Counted from the stretch's first letter, positions 22,341 to 35,179 are shown. The stretch is DNA of 64,000 nt from an uncultured Actinomycetota bacterium (GCA_963770565.1 CAVYQE010000001.1:160001-224000), one strand, 5' to 3'. The notes: generated by a model not told the origin, from the letters alone. A program made the numbers and translations.

Positions 22341-23511
22341 ATGAGCCAACGTCCCGCCACGCGCGTCGTGAGGCTCACGCCGGATGGCCGCGGCGCCATT
22401 GCCGTCGTGCTCGTCGCAGGGCCGGAGGCCGCCGAGCACGTCGGACGGCATTTCATCGGACATTTGCCCGCGCCGTTGGACTCCCGCCGGCCGAATCGGA
22501 TTCTGCATGGGCATTGGGGCGGGCCCACGGGGGAGGAGATCGTCGTGTGCCGCACTGGCGGCGGAGGTGGAGATTCATTGCCATGGCGGCAGCGCGGCCG
22601 CCGAGCGGATCATGGCCGACTTGGCCGGCGAGGGCGCGGCGGCGACCGCGTGGCCCGCTTGGCTGGGCGGACTTGAAACGAGCCCCATCCGCGCCGAAGC
22701 GCGATGGCTGCTGGCCGCGGCGGGCACCGAAAAAACGGCGGCGATTCTCCTCGACCAATATCAGGGGGCGCTCGACGCGGCGCTCGACGCGATCGCCGGC
22801 CGGCTCGAGCGCGGCGATGCCGCCGACGGCCCGCGCCGATCTCGCGGCACTCGTCGCCCGCTCCGACGTCGGCTTGCACCTCATCAAGCCGTGGCGGGTG
22901 GTCTTGGCCGGGCCGCCGAACGTCGGCAAGAGCAGCTTGATCAACGCTTTGGTCGGCTATCGCCGCTCGATCGTGTTCGACCAGCCGGGCACGACTCGCG
23001 ATGTCGTGTCGGTCGTCACGGCCCTCGACGGCTGGCCGATCGAGCTTTCCGATACGGCCGGATTGCGGGCCGAGCGACGATTCTCTGGAAGCCGCGGGAA
23101 TCGATCTCGCCCACCGTCAATTGGCGGACGCCGATTGCGTGGTGCTCGTCTTCGATGCCCGCGAGCAAGCGACGGACAGAAACCGCCGTGTTGCTCCGGC
23201 AATGGCCGGCGGCGATCGCGGTGGCGAACAAGGCCGATTTGCTCGAACCCGCTCGGATCGCGCCTCCGCCGGCAGCGGCCGACGACCGGGCGCGCCTCGT
23301 CACCAGCGCGGTCGCGTTGCGCGGAATCGACGAACTCGCGGCCGCGATCGTCGCCCGGCTGATCGGCGTCGAGCCGCAGGCCGGCGATGCAATTCCGTTT
23401 ACGGCCGGGCAGGCCGAATCGCTCCGCGCGGCCGCCGCCGCCATCGACGGCGGCGATTTGCCCGGCGCCATCGAGAGCTTGGCCGATCTCCGCCCGCCCA
23501 ACTCCGGATGA
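22341..23511 (+). CDS. TrmE/MnmE-family GTPase (short form, frameshifted)
   Basis: [52 protein letters not shown]. Confidence 0.8.
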
Positions 23512-23717
23512 TAAGCTCCGTCGGTGGCAGCCGCCAAGCAGTGGCACGATGTCGCCAAGGAAGCTTCGCACAGGGTGCAAGTCGCGGCTTGCAATTCGAT
23601 GTCGCGACGCCGAAACGCAGGAATTTGCGAAGGATCGCGAGGATCGGGGTTCAACACGGTCCGTGGTGACACGATCACGTTCAGCGATTTCACACTCATT
23701 GCAAGTACGCCCTCGGG

Positions 23718-24153
23718 TAGGCCGTGAAAAATCAGTCCGGCGAGTGTCGCAGTTTGTGAGATGGGATCGTATCGACGGTTTATGCTGTTTTTGTTCCGGG
23801 TTTTGGAAAGGACGGCAGGAGTTCAAGGAACCCGGTAGGGTTCCCAGACATTAGCCGGTGGTTGAGGCCGTCAGGCCGATACCACCGGTCGTGAAATCGG
23901 AATAATCCGTTTTGCACCCCGATAGGGGTGCCAGCGCTCTGCGACCCCTATCGGGGTCGAGTCTGGTTTTCGCGTTCCGATACCGGCGGTGTCGGCCTGC
24001 GGCCTCAACCGCCGGCTCATGTCTGCCATCCCTATCGGGATGAATTTCAGGCCACCTCAGCGTCGGAATTGTGCGAGTACGTGGGCGGGAACAAAAACCC
24101 ACCAAACCGCCCCACCCCGGCGCCGCAACAAATCGAGCATTTTTCACAGCCTA
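23718..24153. mobile_element. Non-autonomous MITE, family 1 (436 bp)
   Basis: Ends taggccgtgaaaaat / atttttcacagccta; 9-bp direct repeat GCCCTCGGG at 23709-23717 and 24154-24162. Confidence 0.9.
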
Positions 24154-24277
24154 GCCCTCGGGCCTGACCGGTCCCGATGGAACGTCTTCGACCATCATCT
24201 TTTCGGATGTGACGGGCGGCGTCCGAGTTACGATTCAGCCTCGTTTCTCGGCAGCCGACACATCGCACCCCTACCTA

Positions 24278-24441
24278 CGAGCCTGTCCAAGAACCGGCCG
24301 CGGCAAGGGGATGCTCGCCGCGAAAGGGGTCGGGAGTCGATTTCGCCCACTGAACGACCCGTAGTGCCAACCGGCATCATGGCGAAATCGACTCCCGACC
24401 CCCTTTGGCAACGCCCGCCGGAAGATATGCCGGTTTTCGGA
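24278..24441. mobile_element. MITE family 2 copy (one end truncated)
   Basis: gagcctgtccaagaacc ... same core hairpin ... ccggttttcgga. Confidence 0.75.
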
Positions 24442-24665
24442 GAATGATGGTTCGGGCACGGATTTCTTGCTCGGAACCACCGCAGTTCCAGAACCGGCAA
24501 CGGTGACCGCGCTCTTCGGCATGGCCATGGTGGGAATCGGCGGAGTCTTTATGTCGCGACGTTGGTTCAAGTGCCCCCGCCGTTAATCGAGGCCTAACCG
24601 TCGCTCTTTCCGGCCACGAGGTGCAGCGTGTGAGGCATCTCGGCGCAATGCCGAATTGGGCCCGC

Positions 24666-25090
<425 letters not shown>

Positions 25091-25399
25091 GACTGGCAGT
25101 CGGAATCGAAACACGGGCCGGGAATTCGCCGGCGACCGGCGATCGGTTGCATCATATAATGGCGGGGACGCGGAAAACAGAGGGAGTGCGCCGATCGCGC
25201 CGCCGCTTCGAATTTCGCCCCGATCTGTGAGAGTGACCGGATGAAAGACTGGCTGACCGAACCCGACCCGAAACCGTCGCTCGCCATGCAAGTGTTGCAA
25301 GCGATCTGCAAGACGCTGCTCGCGATCGTGCGGGTCGCAGCCTTTCTTTGGAGCGGGCGCTGAATTCGCGTTTCCGGTTCAATCTGCCGAGGCTGCCGG

Positions 25400-26482
25400 A
25401 TTCGCACATCCCCGCTTGTGGTAAGCGTAGCGGTGTTTCGGAGGCGAGAAGGGTGCCAGCAGGCCGGGCTGCCGGTCTGGAGTAATGGAGGTCTACGGTC
25501 TGCCGCGCTGCCCGCCCCCATCGAACGCCTGAGCTATGCCTTGAAAATTCTGGAGGAATCCACTCAAGACCCGGAATACCCAGAAATTCTTCCATCCACA
25601 GATTGCATAGCGCAGCCGTCAGGCCGCAACCAAGTGTTTATGCGAGGGCACGGAAAAACCGAAAGCGAGAAAGCACGGCGGCATGACAGGATCGGGAACA
25701 CTAATCCTCGCTAATCAGCGCTAATTAGCGCCGATTAGTGTTCCCAAAACCGGCTATACTGGGTTTTGAGTGGGTGAAGCGAAAATCCTCGTGATTCGCG
25801 CATCGCCCCTTGTGGTGAGCGTAGCGGTGTTTCGGAGGCGAGAAGGGTGCCAGCAGGCCGGGTTGCCGGTCTGGAGTGATGGGGGGTCTAAGATTGCATA
25901 GTCGCAGCCATCAGGCCGCAACCAAGTTTTTTACACGAGGTCACGGAAAAACCGAGAACGAGAAAGCACGACGGCATGACAGATCAGGAACACTAATCCT
26001 CGCTAATCAGCACTAATTAGCGTGCAGTTACGCGCCGATTAGTGTTCCTAAAACCGGCTGTACTAGGTTTTGAGTGGGTGAAGCGAAAATCCTCGGGATT
26101 CGCGCATCCACTCTTGTGGTAAGTATAGCGGTGTTTCGGAGGCGAGAAGGGTGCCAGCAGGCCGGGTTGCCGGTCTGGAGTGATGGGGGGTCTAAGATTG
26201 CATAGCGCAGCCATCAGGCCGCAACCAAGTTTTTTACACGAGGTCACGGAAAAACCGAGAGCGAGAAAGCACGGCGGCATGACAGATCAGGAACACTAAT
26301 CATCGCTAATCAGCACTAATTAGCGCGAATTAGCGCCGATTAGTGTTCCTAAAACCGGCTGTACTAGGTTTTGTTGGGTGACGCGAAAATCCTCGGGATT
26401 CGCGCATCCACTCTTGTGGTACGTATAGCGGTGTTTCGGAGGCGAGAAGGGTGCCAGCAGGCCGGGTTGCCGGTCCGGAGTG
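25400..26482. repeat. Tandem array of composite repeat F (periods about 394, 304, 300 bp)
   Basis: cttgtggt anchor at about 25415, 25809, 26113, 26413; ggaacactaat palindrome in each full unit. Confidence 0.85.
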
Positions 26483-26621
26483 ATGCCGATCGCTTCTTAT
26501 GGCCGGCTGCCGGTTGCGGCGCGGCGAGGGGGATGAATCGAAAGGACGTCTCGCGCGCGCCAACGCTGCTTCGCGAATTGGCCCGCCGGCGTTCGACGCG
26601 GGCCGGCGCGTTGGTCATCCT

Positions 26622-27758
26622 TCACGGCCGCACGACCAGGTTCCCGCTGACGCGGCGAATCAGGCGGCGCATTTCGAGGACGCTGATCGTCGAGAGAACT
26701 TGAGCGGCAGGGAGTTCGCTGGTGGCTAGACGACTTGGTCGATCGAGGTTGGGATCGTGCGGACCGCGGCCAACACGCGCTGCTCCGGCTCGTTGAGCAG
26801 AAGTTCGGCCGGATGATGCACGACTTGGCCTTCGCGCGAGGAGGTGGCCGCGACCAGCGGGCCGAGTTCCTCCAAAACGTCGTCGGCCGACTCGACGAGC
26901 TTCGCCCCGTCGCGGATCAAGCGATGGCAGCCTTGCGACATCCGGCTATCGACCCGGCCGGGCACGGCGAACACGTCGCGCCCCTGCTCGCCGGCATGAC
27001 GGGCCGTGATGAGCGCCCCGGACCGCGAGGACGCCTCGACGACGATCACGCCCAGCGACATGCCGCTGATGATCCGATTGCGCTGCGGAAAGGCCCCGCT
27101 CAGCGGCTCGCCGCGCGGCGGGGCTTCGCTCGAACAGCGCGCCATGCTGGCGCGACGTCGCCGCCAACTCGCGGTTTTCCGGCGGATAGATATTCATCAC
27201 GCCGCTGCCCAGAATGGCCAGCGTACGGCCGCCGGCCGCCAGCGCGCCGCGATGGGCGGCGGCGTCGATCCCGCGAGCCAGTCCGCTGATCACCGTCAGG
27301 CCGGCCCGCGCGAGACTGCCGGCCAGCCGTTCGGCCTGCGTCAGGCCATAGTGCGTGGCATGGCGCGAGCCGACGATGCGCGATGCCCAGCGAATCGGCC
27401 GGCTCGCGTGTCCCTTGACTGAAAAGCAGCGCCGGCGGGTCGGCGATTTCGGCGAGCGACCGCGGGTAGTCCGGATGATCGCGGGTGAGGATGTCGATGC
27501 CGTGTCGCGCGGCAGTCGGCGATTTCGGCCTCGGCGTCGATCTCGTCGTGCGCAGCGGCGATTTTGCTTGCTCAACTTCGGGCCGACGCCCGGCACTGCG
27601 CGGAGCGCGCTGGCCGGGGCGGCGAACACGGCCGCCGGAGTGCCGAACCGCTCGATGAGTGTCTGCCAGAGCCGCGGGCCGACGCCCGAAACGAGCGCCA
27701 GCCGCACGGAACTCACGAGCGGATCGCTCTCGTCGGACGGGGGCACCGTGTCATGCAT
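26622..27758 (-). CDS. dprA: DNA-processing protein DprA (frameshifted)
   Basis: [55 protein letters not shown]. Confidence 0.95.
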
Positions 27759-28344
27759 CGGGGATGGCGAGCCAAGGCCGCGGGAAATCGAGACGAACAG
27801 GCGCGTCGGCGGGGGCGCCGCGCGAGACCGCATTGTACCGGCCCGGCCGCGGATCGCCAGGGATTCTCCGGCGCGGAGCATGTGAGGCCGAGCGGTGACA
27901 CGATCGTTGCCAAGAAATCTTGCCACACTCTTCTGTGATTACCCCTGAGGCGCTGTCGCCGTGGCATGGTATCATGGCGAACCGCTCGGTGAGCCGACCG
28001 CCCCGCGCCGACTGCCCCAGCGCCGACTGCCCCAGCGCCGATCGGCGTGCAGGCAGCGCGGGAGCAGGCAGCGTGCGAACCGAAGGCCGCCGAGTCCGCG
28101 GGGCGCTGCAGTCGCGGCAGCGGTCTGCCGATACTATTTCGGTGGCCGGCGATTTGCCGGCGCGCCGCCAAATCACTACGGCTCTCCTCGGCATCAGGGA
28201 CTCCTGCCCCAGTCCCCGCAGGGGAGAGCCGTTTTTCATGCGATCGCAGCGGTTGCCGGCGGCGGATCTGCGGCGACGGATCGGCGGCGCGCGTTGCGGC
28301 AACGCCGAAAATGGGCGTCTCTCCGCGAGCAGCAGCCGGGGACT

Positions 28345-28497
28345 GGGGCATTTTCCGGCCGGCGTTGCCAAATGGGGTCGGGAGTCGATTTCGCCGTCGG
28401 AACGATCGGCAGCGCTAACCGGCATCATGGCGAAATCGACACCGACGTCTTTCGCGGCGAGCAGCCTCTCGCCGCGGCCGGTTCTTGGACAGACGCC
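28345..28497. mobile_element. MITE family 2 copy
   Basis: ggcgttgccaaatggggtcgggagtcgatttcgcc...ggttcttggacag. Confidence 0.7.
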
Positions 28498-29192
28498 TGA
28501 TCCGAAGGCAACCGCCGCGGATCAATCCGCCGAGCGGGTGGGATGGGTGTCGGGGGCGTCGGCGCGCGCGGCGCAAGCGGGGCCTGCTCCTCCGCGATGA
28601 GCACGGCCCGGACGAGTTCGGCCAAAGAGTCGACTTGCATTTTTTTCATGAGGGCGGCCCGCCGCGCTTCGACCGTCCGCAAGCCGAGGCCCAGTTCGGC
28701 GGCTACGGTTTTGTTCGCCTTGCCGGCCAACAGCCGATGCAGAATCTCGACTTCGCCGGGGGTCAGCGTAGCGCGGCGGGCGACGATCGCGCCGAGATCG
28801 CGGCGCTGTTGCTCGCAACGCGATTCCGCGTCGAGGGCGGCTTGAACGCTTTGCCAAAGTTCCTGGGTGGGGCAAGGCTTTTCCAAGAAGGTGATCGCGC
28901 CGTTTCGCATCGCGCGCACAGCCATCGGAATGTCGGCAAAGCCGGTGATGACGATCACGGGCAGCGGGTCGCCCTGGGCCGCGAGTCGCTGCTGCAAATC
29001 GAGGCCGCTCATCCCGGCCATGCGGACATCGGCGATCAGGCAGCCGCGCCGGCCGGGCCGATAGGCCGCGAGAAATTCCTCAGCCGAGGCAAAGGCCTCG
29101 GCGGCGAGACCGTGCGAGCCGGCGAGCGCGGCTACCGAGCCGCGGGCTGCCGGGTCGTCGTCAACGATGAACACCGTGACGCTATTGTCCAT
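28425..29192 (-). CDS. FixJ/LuxR-family response regulator (ORF tail runs into a repeat; true stop may be earlier)
   Basis: VFIVDDD, CLIADVRMAGMSG, FLEKP, LTPGEVEIL..GKANKTVAAELGLGLRTVE. Confidence 0.9.
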   Translation of the reverse strand: MDNSVTVFIVDDDPAARGSVAALAGSHGLAAEAFASAEEFLAAYRPGRRGCLIADVRMAGMSGLDLQQRLAAQGDPLPVIVITGFADIPMAVRAMRNGAITFLEKPCPTQELWQSVQAALDAESRCEQQRRDLGAIVARRATLTPGEVEILHRLLAGKANKTVAAELGLGLRTVEARRAALMKKMQVDSLAELVRAVLIAEEQAPLAPRAPTPPTPIPPARRIDPRRLPSDQASVQEPAAARGCSPRKTSVSISP

Positions 29193-30758
29193 GAGCAGCT
29201 TCCTGAGTGGCGACGGGCAACGTGAATTGAAACGTCAATCCGCGATCGGGATTGGGAATCGCCTCCATATGGCCGCCGTGGGCCTCGACAATCGAATGGC
29301 TGATGGAAAGCCCCATGCCCATGCCGTTGGCCTTGGTGGTGAAAAACGGCTCGAACAAGCGATTGAGTTCCCGTTCGCTCAAGCCGCGCCCCTCGTCGCG
29401 GACCGCGATCCGCACCGCGCCGCTGGACAGCAACTCGGTCCGCACGACGAGCGGCCTCCGCGGAGCCGGTTGTCCGGCCATCGCCTCCAGCGCATTGCGC
29501 AAGAGATTGACGAGCACCTGCTCGATCTGCACGCGATCGACGTTGACCGGCGGGGTGTCGGCCAACCGCAATTGCAGATCGACGGCCTCCATCCGCTCGC
29601 CGAAGCTCAACAGCCCGACCACCGCGCGGATGATTTCGTTGACGTCGGCGGGGGCCAATTTGGCGGGCGACTTGCGTACGAAGCGGCCGATGCGGCGGAT
29701 GATCTCGCCGGCCCGATTGGCTTGCCGGGCGATCTGGTCGAGCCAGGCGACGATCTCGCCCCCGACGGTCCCTTGCGATCGGAGGAGTTGCAGCGAAGCC
29801 TCGGCGAAATTCGAAATCGCATAGAGCGGCTGACTGATTTCGTGGGAAACTTCCGACATGAGTTCGCCCATTGTTTGCAAGCGCGTGACATGGGCCGTCT
29901 CGGCCAAATGCCGCCGGGCCTGTTCCTGAATCCGGCGCCGATCGGCGACGTCGCGGAGCACGTGCTCGAGCGCCGGCAGCCCCTCGTCGAGGCAGAGGGC
30001 GACGATCGTTTCGACTTCGACCACCTCGCCATCGAGCCGCACGATTTGCTCTTCGACCAAACGCGCCGGGCGGCGATGGTCCAGAACCTCCGCGGACCGC
30101 CGGCCGACCGCCGCACGATCGTCGGGATGAACGAAATCGAGAAACGGCCGCCCGGTCACGTCCGCCGGGCCCGCGGCGCCGAGCAAGCGAATCCCCGCGC
30201 CGTTGACATAGACGATCCGGTCGTCGCGGGTGACGAAGATCGCGTCGGGGGCATCATCGACGAGTTGTCGATAGCGGTGCTCGCTTTGCCGGAGCCGTTC
30301 GTCGGCGGCGCGGCGCTGGTCGCGGAGACCTTTTTCCTCGAGCGCCTCGCGAAGCGCCGCCGCGAGGCCGCCGAGTCGCTCGCGCGCGAGATAATTCGCG
30401 GCCCCACGTTTGACGTGGCGGACGGCCGCCTCGGGGTCGGGGCGATCCGCAATGACAATCAGCGGAATATCGAGTTGCCGAGCCTGGAGCAGCTCGAGCG
30501 CCTCGGCGGCGCCGAAGCGCGGCCCGCCGAGGTGCGCTCGGTCAGTGTGTGCATCGTCGGCATCTGCACCGCCGACCCGCGGCCCGCGGTCGGCGGCCAG
30601 AATCGCCACGGGCCGCTCGTCCCGTTCGAGGCGGATCAGGCAATCGGCGGCGTCGGCCGCGCCTGCCAGCGCGGGTTCAGTCCGGCTTGGCGCAAGGCCT
30701 CGACGATTTGCCCGGCCTCCGCATCGCGCTGTTCGATGATGAGCAGATTCAGGTCCAA
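29182..30758 (-). CDS. PAS sensor histidine kinase with degenerate N-terminal receiver (FixL-like, frameshifted)
   Basis: PAS segment, EVSHEISQPL H-box, EQVLVNLLRNA, DEGRG, FEPFFTTK, GMGLSIS. Confidence 0.88.
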
Positions 30759-30911
30759 GAAATCAAACCGCCAGGCTGGCGAAATGGGGACAAAACGACG
30801 CCGCGTCGGCGACCGAGGGCCACGTCGATCAGCCGCGGAATACAATACCGGGGATCGAGCGCCTCTCGGACGGTGAAACCGCCAAGACGCCAAGACGCCA
30901 AGTTGGTTGCA

Positions 30912-32022
30912 TTATGTTCGAGAATCGAGCGCCTCCCGGACCGCTGTGGCAGCGACGCCCCCGACCAGCTCGACTTCGCCTAGCCGCGTGGGAAGCACGA
31001 ACCGGAGTTGCCCCTGTGCGGCTTTTTTGTCGCGCGCCATCGCGGCGACCAGCGCCGCGTGATCGATCGGCGGCAGCGCGACGGGAAGCCCCAACGCCGT
31101 CAGCAGCGCTTGCTGCCGGCCGACGAATTCCGCATCGACCCGCCCCAGCCGCCGGGCCAATCGGGCCGCGCACATCATGCCGATCGCGACGGCCTCGCCG
31201 TGCAGCAGCGCGCCGTAGCCGGCGACGGCTTCCAGGGCGTGACCGAACGTGTGTCCATAATTCAAGGCGGCCCGGCGCCAGCCGGTCTCGCGCTCGTCGG
31301 CCTCGACCACGTCGGCCTTCAGGCGGCAGCAGCGGGCGATCACCGTCGCCAGCGCGGCCGGCCGACGATCGTTGATCTCCGCCACCTGGGCTTCCAAAGA
31401 GGCAAAAAACTCGGCGTCGAGGATCACGCCGTATTTGACGACCTCGGCCAACCGCCGAGACAAACTCCCGGCGCGGCAAACTGCCCAGCACTGCGGTGTC
31501 GATCAACACGCCGATCGGCTGCCAAAAGGCGCCGACCATGTTTTTCGCGCCCGGCAGATTGATTCCGACCTTGCCCCCCACCGAGCTATCGACCTGGGCC
31601 AGCAGAGTGGTCGGGATTTGCAGGAGGCGAATTCCGCGGGCGAACGTGGCCGCGACGAAGCCGGCCAAATCGCCGATCACTCCGCCGCCCAGCGCCGCGA
31701 CCACGGTCTGGCGATCGGCGCCGAGGCGAAGCAGATTCTCCCAGGTCGAGGCGGCCACCGCGGCCCGCTTCGACGGCTCGCCCGCCTCGATCACCACCTG
31801 ATCGACGGTCGCGGGGGCGTGGGCCAGGCTCTCGGCCACCGCCGCGGCATACAGCGGAGCCACATGGGAATCGGTGATCAGCACGACATGCGCGGCGCCG
31901 CCGAGCCCGGCCAGGAATGCGCCGGCCTCCGCCAGATTGCCGGCGCCGATTGCGATCGGATAGCTCCGCGATTCCAAGGCGACGCGGATGGTTTGCGTGG
32001 CGGAGGGCAGGGAAGGGGGCAT
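30912..32022 (-). CDS. aroB: 3-dehydroquinate synthase (frameshifted)
   Basis: ALGGGVIGDLAGF, PTTLLAQVDSSVGGK, LNYGHTFGHALE, LHGEAVAIGM. Confidence 0.96.
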
Positions 32023-32286
32023 GTTTTCGCCGCGGATTACGCGGATGCACGCGGATTCTTGTGGTTTGTTTCGACCGACGTGCCGTACCGCAACTCCGGC
32101 CTTCGATGCGTTCGGTTTCCGTAAGGTCATCCTGTTTCCCGCGAGCTTCCCAGCGATCCGCATGCATCCGCGTGCATCGGCGGCAAAAACCGCCCGGCAC
32201 TCGCCGCGGACGACTTTAGCCGACTCCCAATCGACTTCTTGGCGTCCTCGGCGCCTTGGCGGTCGAACACCTCGCCGCGGCCGACC

Positions 32287-32514
32287 TCAGCCGACCCCCA
32301 GCCGCTCGAGATCGGCCGGGCCGACGGTGATCTGGCGGCAAAAGCCCGAGTGTTGGCGAATGTACTCCAATTCGGCGGCTTGCTGCGGGTCGGCGTGCAA
32401 CGGCGCCTCGATCCGCTGCCGATCCGCGAGAGACCAGTCGTCGTATTGTTCGGGCCAAACCGTGGTCATCTCGACCACCAGCGCTTCACGATAGGGATCG
32501 AACTCGTTTGCCAC
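32287..32514 (-). CDS. Small hypothetical protein (75 aa)
   Basis: [15 protein letters not shown]...[18 protein letters not shown]; protein-like composition. Confidence 0.6.
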   Translation of the reverse strand: MANEFDPYREALVVEMTTVWPEQYDDWSLADRQRIEAPLHADPQQAAELEYIRQHSGFCRQITVGPADLERLGVG

Positions 32515-32657
32515 GGCACGTCGGGGGCTGGAGAATCGGGACCGAAAATCGAAAGCCATTGGACCCGGCCGGCTTATCCGGCAGGCCCATGCGCAAGTAT
32601 ACTGGCGGCATGGGGAATCGGGAAATGGTTCGCCCCCGTGAGAGGAAAGAGGAGTCG

Positions 32658-33912
32658 ATGGCCGAGCCGGCAAAACCGATGAGCGGCGTGCGGGTGCTCG
32701 ATCTGGCGCGGATCCTGGCCGGACCGTTTTGCACGCAATTGCTCGCCGATCTGGGGGCCGACGTGGTGAAGGTCGAGCGCCCGCCGCGGGGAGACGACAC
32801 GCGGCAATGGGGCCCCCCGTTCTTGCCCGACGGCGGCCCAAGCGCGTATTACGTCTCGTGCAATCGGGGCAAACGCTCGCTGGCCTTGGATTTGGCGTCG
32901 CCCGCGGGGCGCGCGAGGTGCTCGACGATTTGATCCGCCGGGCCGACGCGCTGATCGAAAACTTTCTCCCCCAATCGCTCGCCGGCTTGGGCCTCGCGCC
33001 CGAGCGGTTGGAGAGCTTGAATCCGCGGTTGGTGCGGGCGTCGATCTCGGGCTATGGCCGGACCGGCCCCGAGGCCGAAACGCCGGGCTACGATCTGGTC
33101 GTCCAGGCGACGGCCGGGATCATGTCGATCACCGGCGACCGCGGACGGATTGCCCATGAAGATCGGCGTGGCGATCACCGACGTATTGACCGGGCTCTAT
33201 GCGGCCGTGAGCATCTTGGCCGGGCTTTACCAGCGCGACGCGACAGGGCCATCGAGCCGGGGCACGCACGCCGCAGCTCCCCGGCAGAACGCGGCGCCGC
33301 CGGCCTTCGATCTGGCGTTGGCGGATTGCACGCTTGCCGCGATGGTCAATATCGTCGAAGGGGTGCTGGTCACGGGCGAGCGACCGCAGCGGCTTGGCAA
33401 CGCCCATCCGCAGATCGTTCCCTACGAGGCCTTCGCCACGGCGGATGGATATTTGGTGCTGGCCGTCGGCAACGATCGGCAGTGGGAGCGGTTTTGCGAG
33501 GTGGCAAAGCATCCCGAGTGGGCCGCCGACCCGCGGTTTGCCACGAATCCCGCTCGTGTCGAGCATCGGGCGGTCTTGATTCCGCTGCTCGAGGAGTTAT
33601 TGGCCGCGCACCGACAGACGCCTGGCGGGCGTTGCTTTCCTCGGCCGACATCCCGCATGCGCCGGTGCTGGCGCTCGATGAAATCCTGGCCACGCCGCAA
33701 GTCGCCGCCCGGCGGATGGTGCAGGCGATCACGGCCGCCGACGGCCGCGCGTACCGCGTCGTGGCCAGCCCGATCCATAGCGATGGAGAACCGTTGTGCG
33801 CTGCGCCGCACCGCCGGGGCTGGGCGAGCAATCCGACGAGGTGCTCCGCGAATGGCTCGGCTATGACGATGGAAAAATCACCGCCCTGCGCGCCGCCGGA
33901 GTCGTGGTATAA
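32658..33912 (+). CDS. CaiB/BaiF class III CoA-transferase (frameshifted)
   Basis: [54 protein letters not shown]. Confidence 0.92.
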
Positions 33913-33986
33913 TCAAGCGCCGGCCTTGGCGCACGCCGCGGTGAACGAATGGCCGAAAACCGGCGACTCATCCTGCGAGACTCTTT

Positions 33987-34594
33987 CATGCATCGCGGTA
34001 AATCCGTCATCTTGCTGATGGCCTTGGTCGGCTGCCTGCTGGGTTGGGTGAGCGTTTCGTTCAGCCCCTGGCTCTCGCGGCATGCGATTCCGCTGTGGGG
34101 AAGCGCGGGGGTCGCATCGATCCGCACCGCGCCGCACGTCGCCGCCTTGGAGCTGCGCCGGAGGGACCGGCCGGAGCTGGGATCATTGTGGCTGGGCCGA
34201 CCGGCGCTGGGCCGACCGGCGCTGGGCCGGTGGAGATTCTCGACATCGCCGGCGACCGCTATCTGGTGAGCCGGCGGCAGGATGTCACCGACGCAGCGGG
34301 GCTCGACCACATCCGCCACGAGCTGTTGGTCGATGGCAATTTCGTCCTCGATCGGCGGCCGGCGACAAACCGGTCTGGCAAAGCGGACTCGAATTCACCG
34401 GCGGCGGCCACAAGTTTATCGTGATCTTCGATTGGAAAGCGGGAGAGATCGGCCGCGCGGATGGAGGCGAGACCGCGGGGATCGATCGGGCCGCGACCGG
34501 CTGGCAAGAATTCTTCGCCGACCATCTCCCGGCGGCCGCAACCAAGCGATCACCGGCCCCTCGGCCACCGCAGCCCGGCAAACCTCCGCGCTAG
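33987..34594 (+). CDS. Hypothetical protein (frameshifted)
   Basis: Hydrophobic N-terminus MHRGKSVILLMALVG; plausible coding segments across frames. Confidence 0.35.
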
Positions 34595-34624
34595 CCAATT
34601 CCGTCCCCGTCTGCTACCTTAACC

Positions 34625-34741
34625 TCTCCCCGCTCCCTGCCCTCTTCCCTCTGCCCTCTGCCCTCTGCTCCCTGCTCCCTGCTCCCTGCTCCCTGCTCCC
34701 TGCTCCCCGACCCCCGACCCCCGACCCCCGACCCCTGCCCC
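34625..34741. repeat. C-rich heptamer tracts (CTCCCTG/CTCTGCC then CCCCGAC)
   Basis: Tract ends directly at the ATG at 34742; similar tracts at about 14968-15010 and 39660-39725. Confidence 0.75.
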
Positions 34742-35179
34742 ATGTCCACAGCTTTACGCACCAAGCCGCGTCGCGAAGAGTTGCAGCCCGAGGAAGTGCT
34801 CTGCGCACATTGCACGGCGAAGTGCTGCCGCTATTTCGCATTGCCGTTGGACGAGCCGACCGAGCTGGAGGATTTCGAGTTCATTCGCTGGTTTCTGTTG
34901 CACGATCAGGCGACGGTCTTTACGGAAGAGGGAACCTGGTATCTGCTGGTTCACACGACCTGCAAGCATTTGCAGAGCGACAATCGCTGCGGGATTTACC
35001 ATACCCGGCCGCAGGTTTGCCGGGAATACTCGACCGACACCTGCGAATACGAGGACAACTGGGTCTACGACCACTATTTCGAGACCTCCGAGCAAGTCGA
35101 GGACTACATGGAGGCGGTGCTGGGGCCGACCGATGGCGATATTCGCAGCCCCAAGCCGCCGCTGTTGCCGATTCTGTGA
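34742..35179 (+). CDS. YkgJ-family cysteine-cluster protein
   Basis: CAHCTAKCC, CKHL..NRCGIYHTRPQVCREY..C. Confidence 0.9.
   Translation: MSTALRTKPRREELQPEEVLCAHCTAKCCRYFALPLDEPTELEDFEFIRWFLLHDQATVFTEEGTWYLLVHTTCKHLQSDNRCGIYHTRPQVCREYSTDTCEYEDNWVYDHYFETSEQVEDYMEAVLGPTDGDIRSPKPPLLPIL

Larger units (their letters stand above)
23645..24586 (+). pseudogene. PEP-CTERM sorting-domain protein remnant interrupted by two MITEs
   Basis: C-terminus AVPEPATVTALFGMAMVGIGGVFMSRRWFKCPRR*; reading frame rejoins across the 23718-24153 insertion. Confidence 0.7.

Noticed and set aside
28005-28042. 15-bp tandem repeat gcgccgactgcccca
   Set aside because: Only about 2.5 copies in GC-rich intergenic DNA, with no other copy or function evident.
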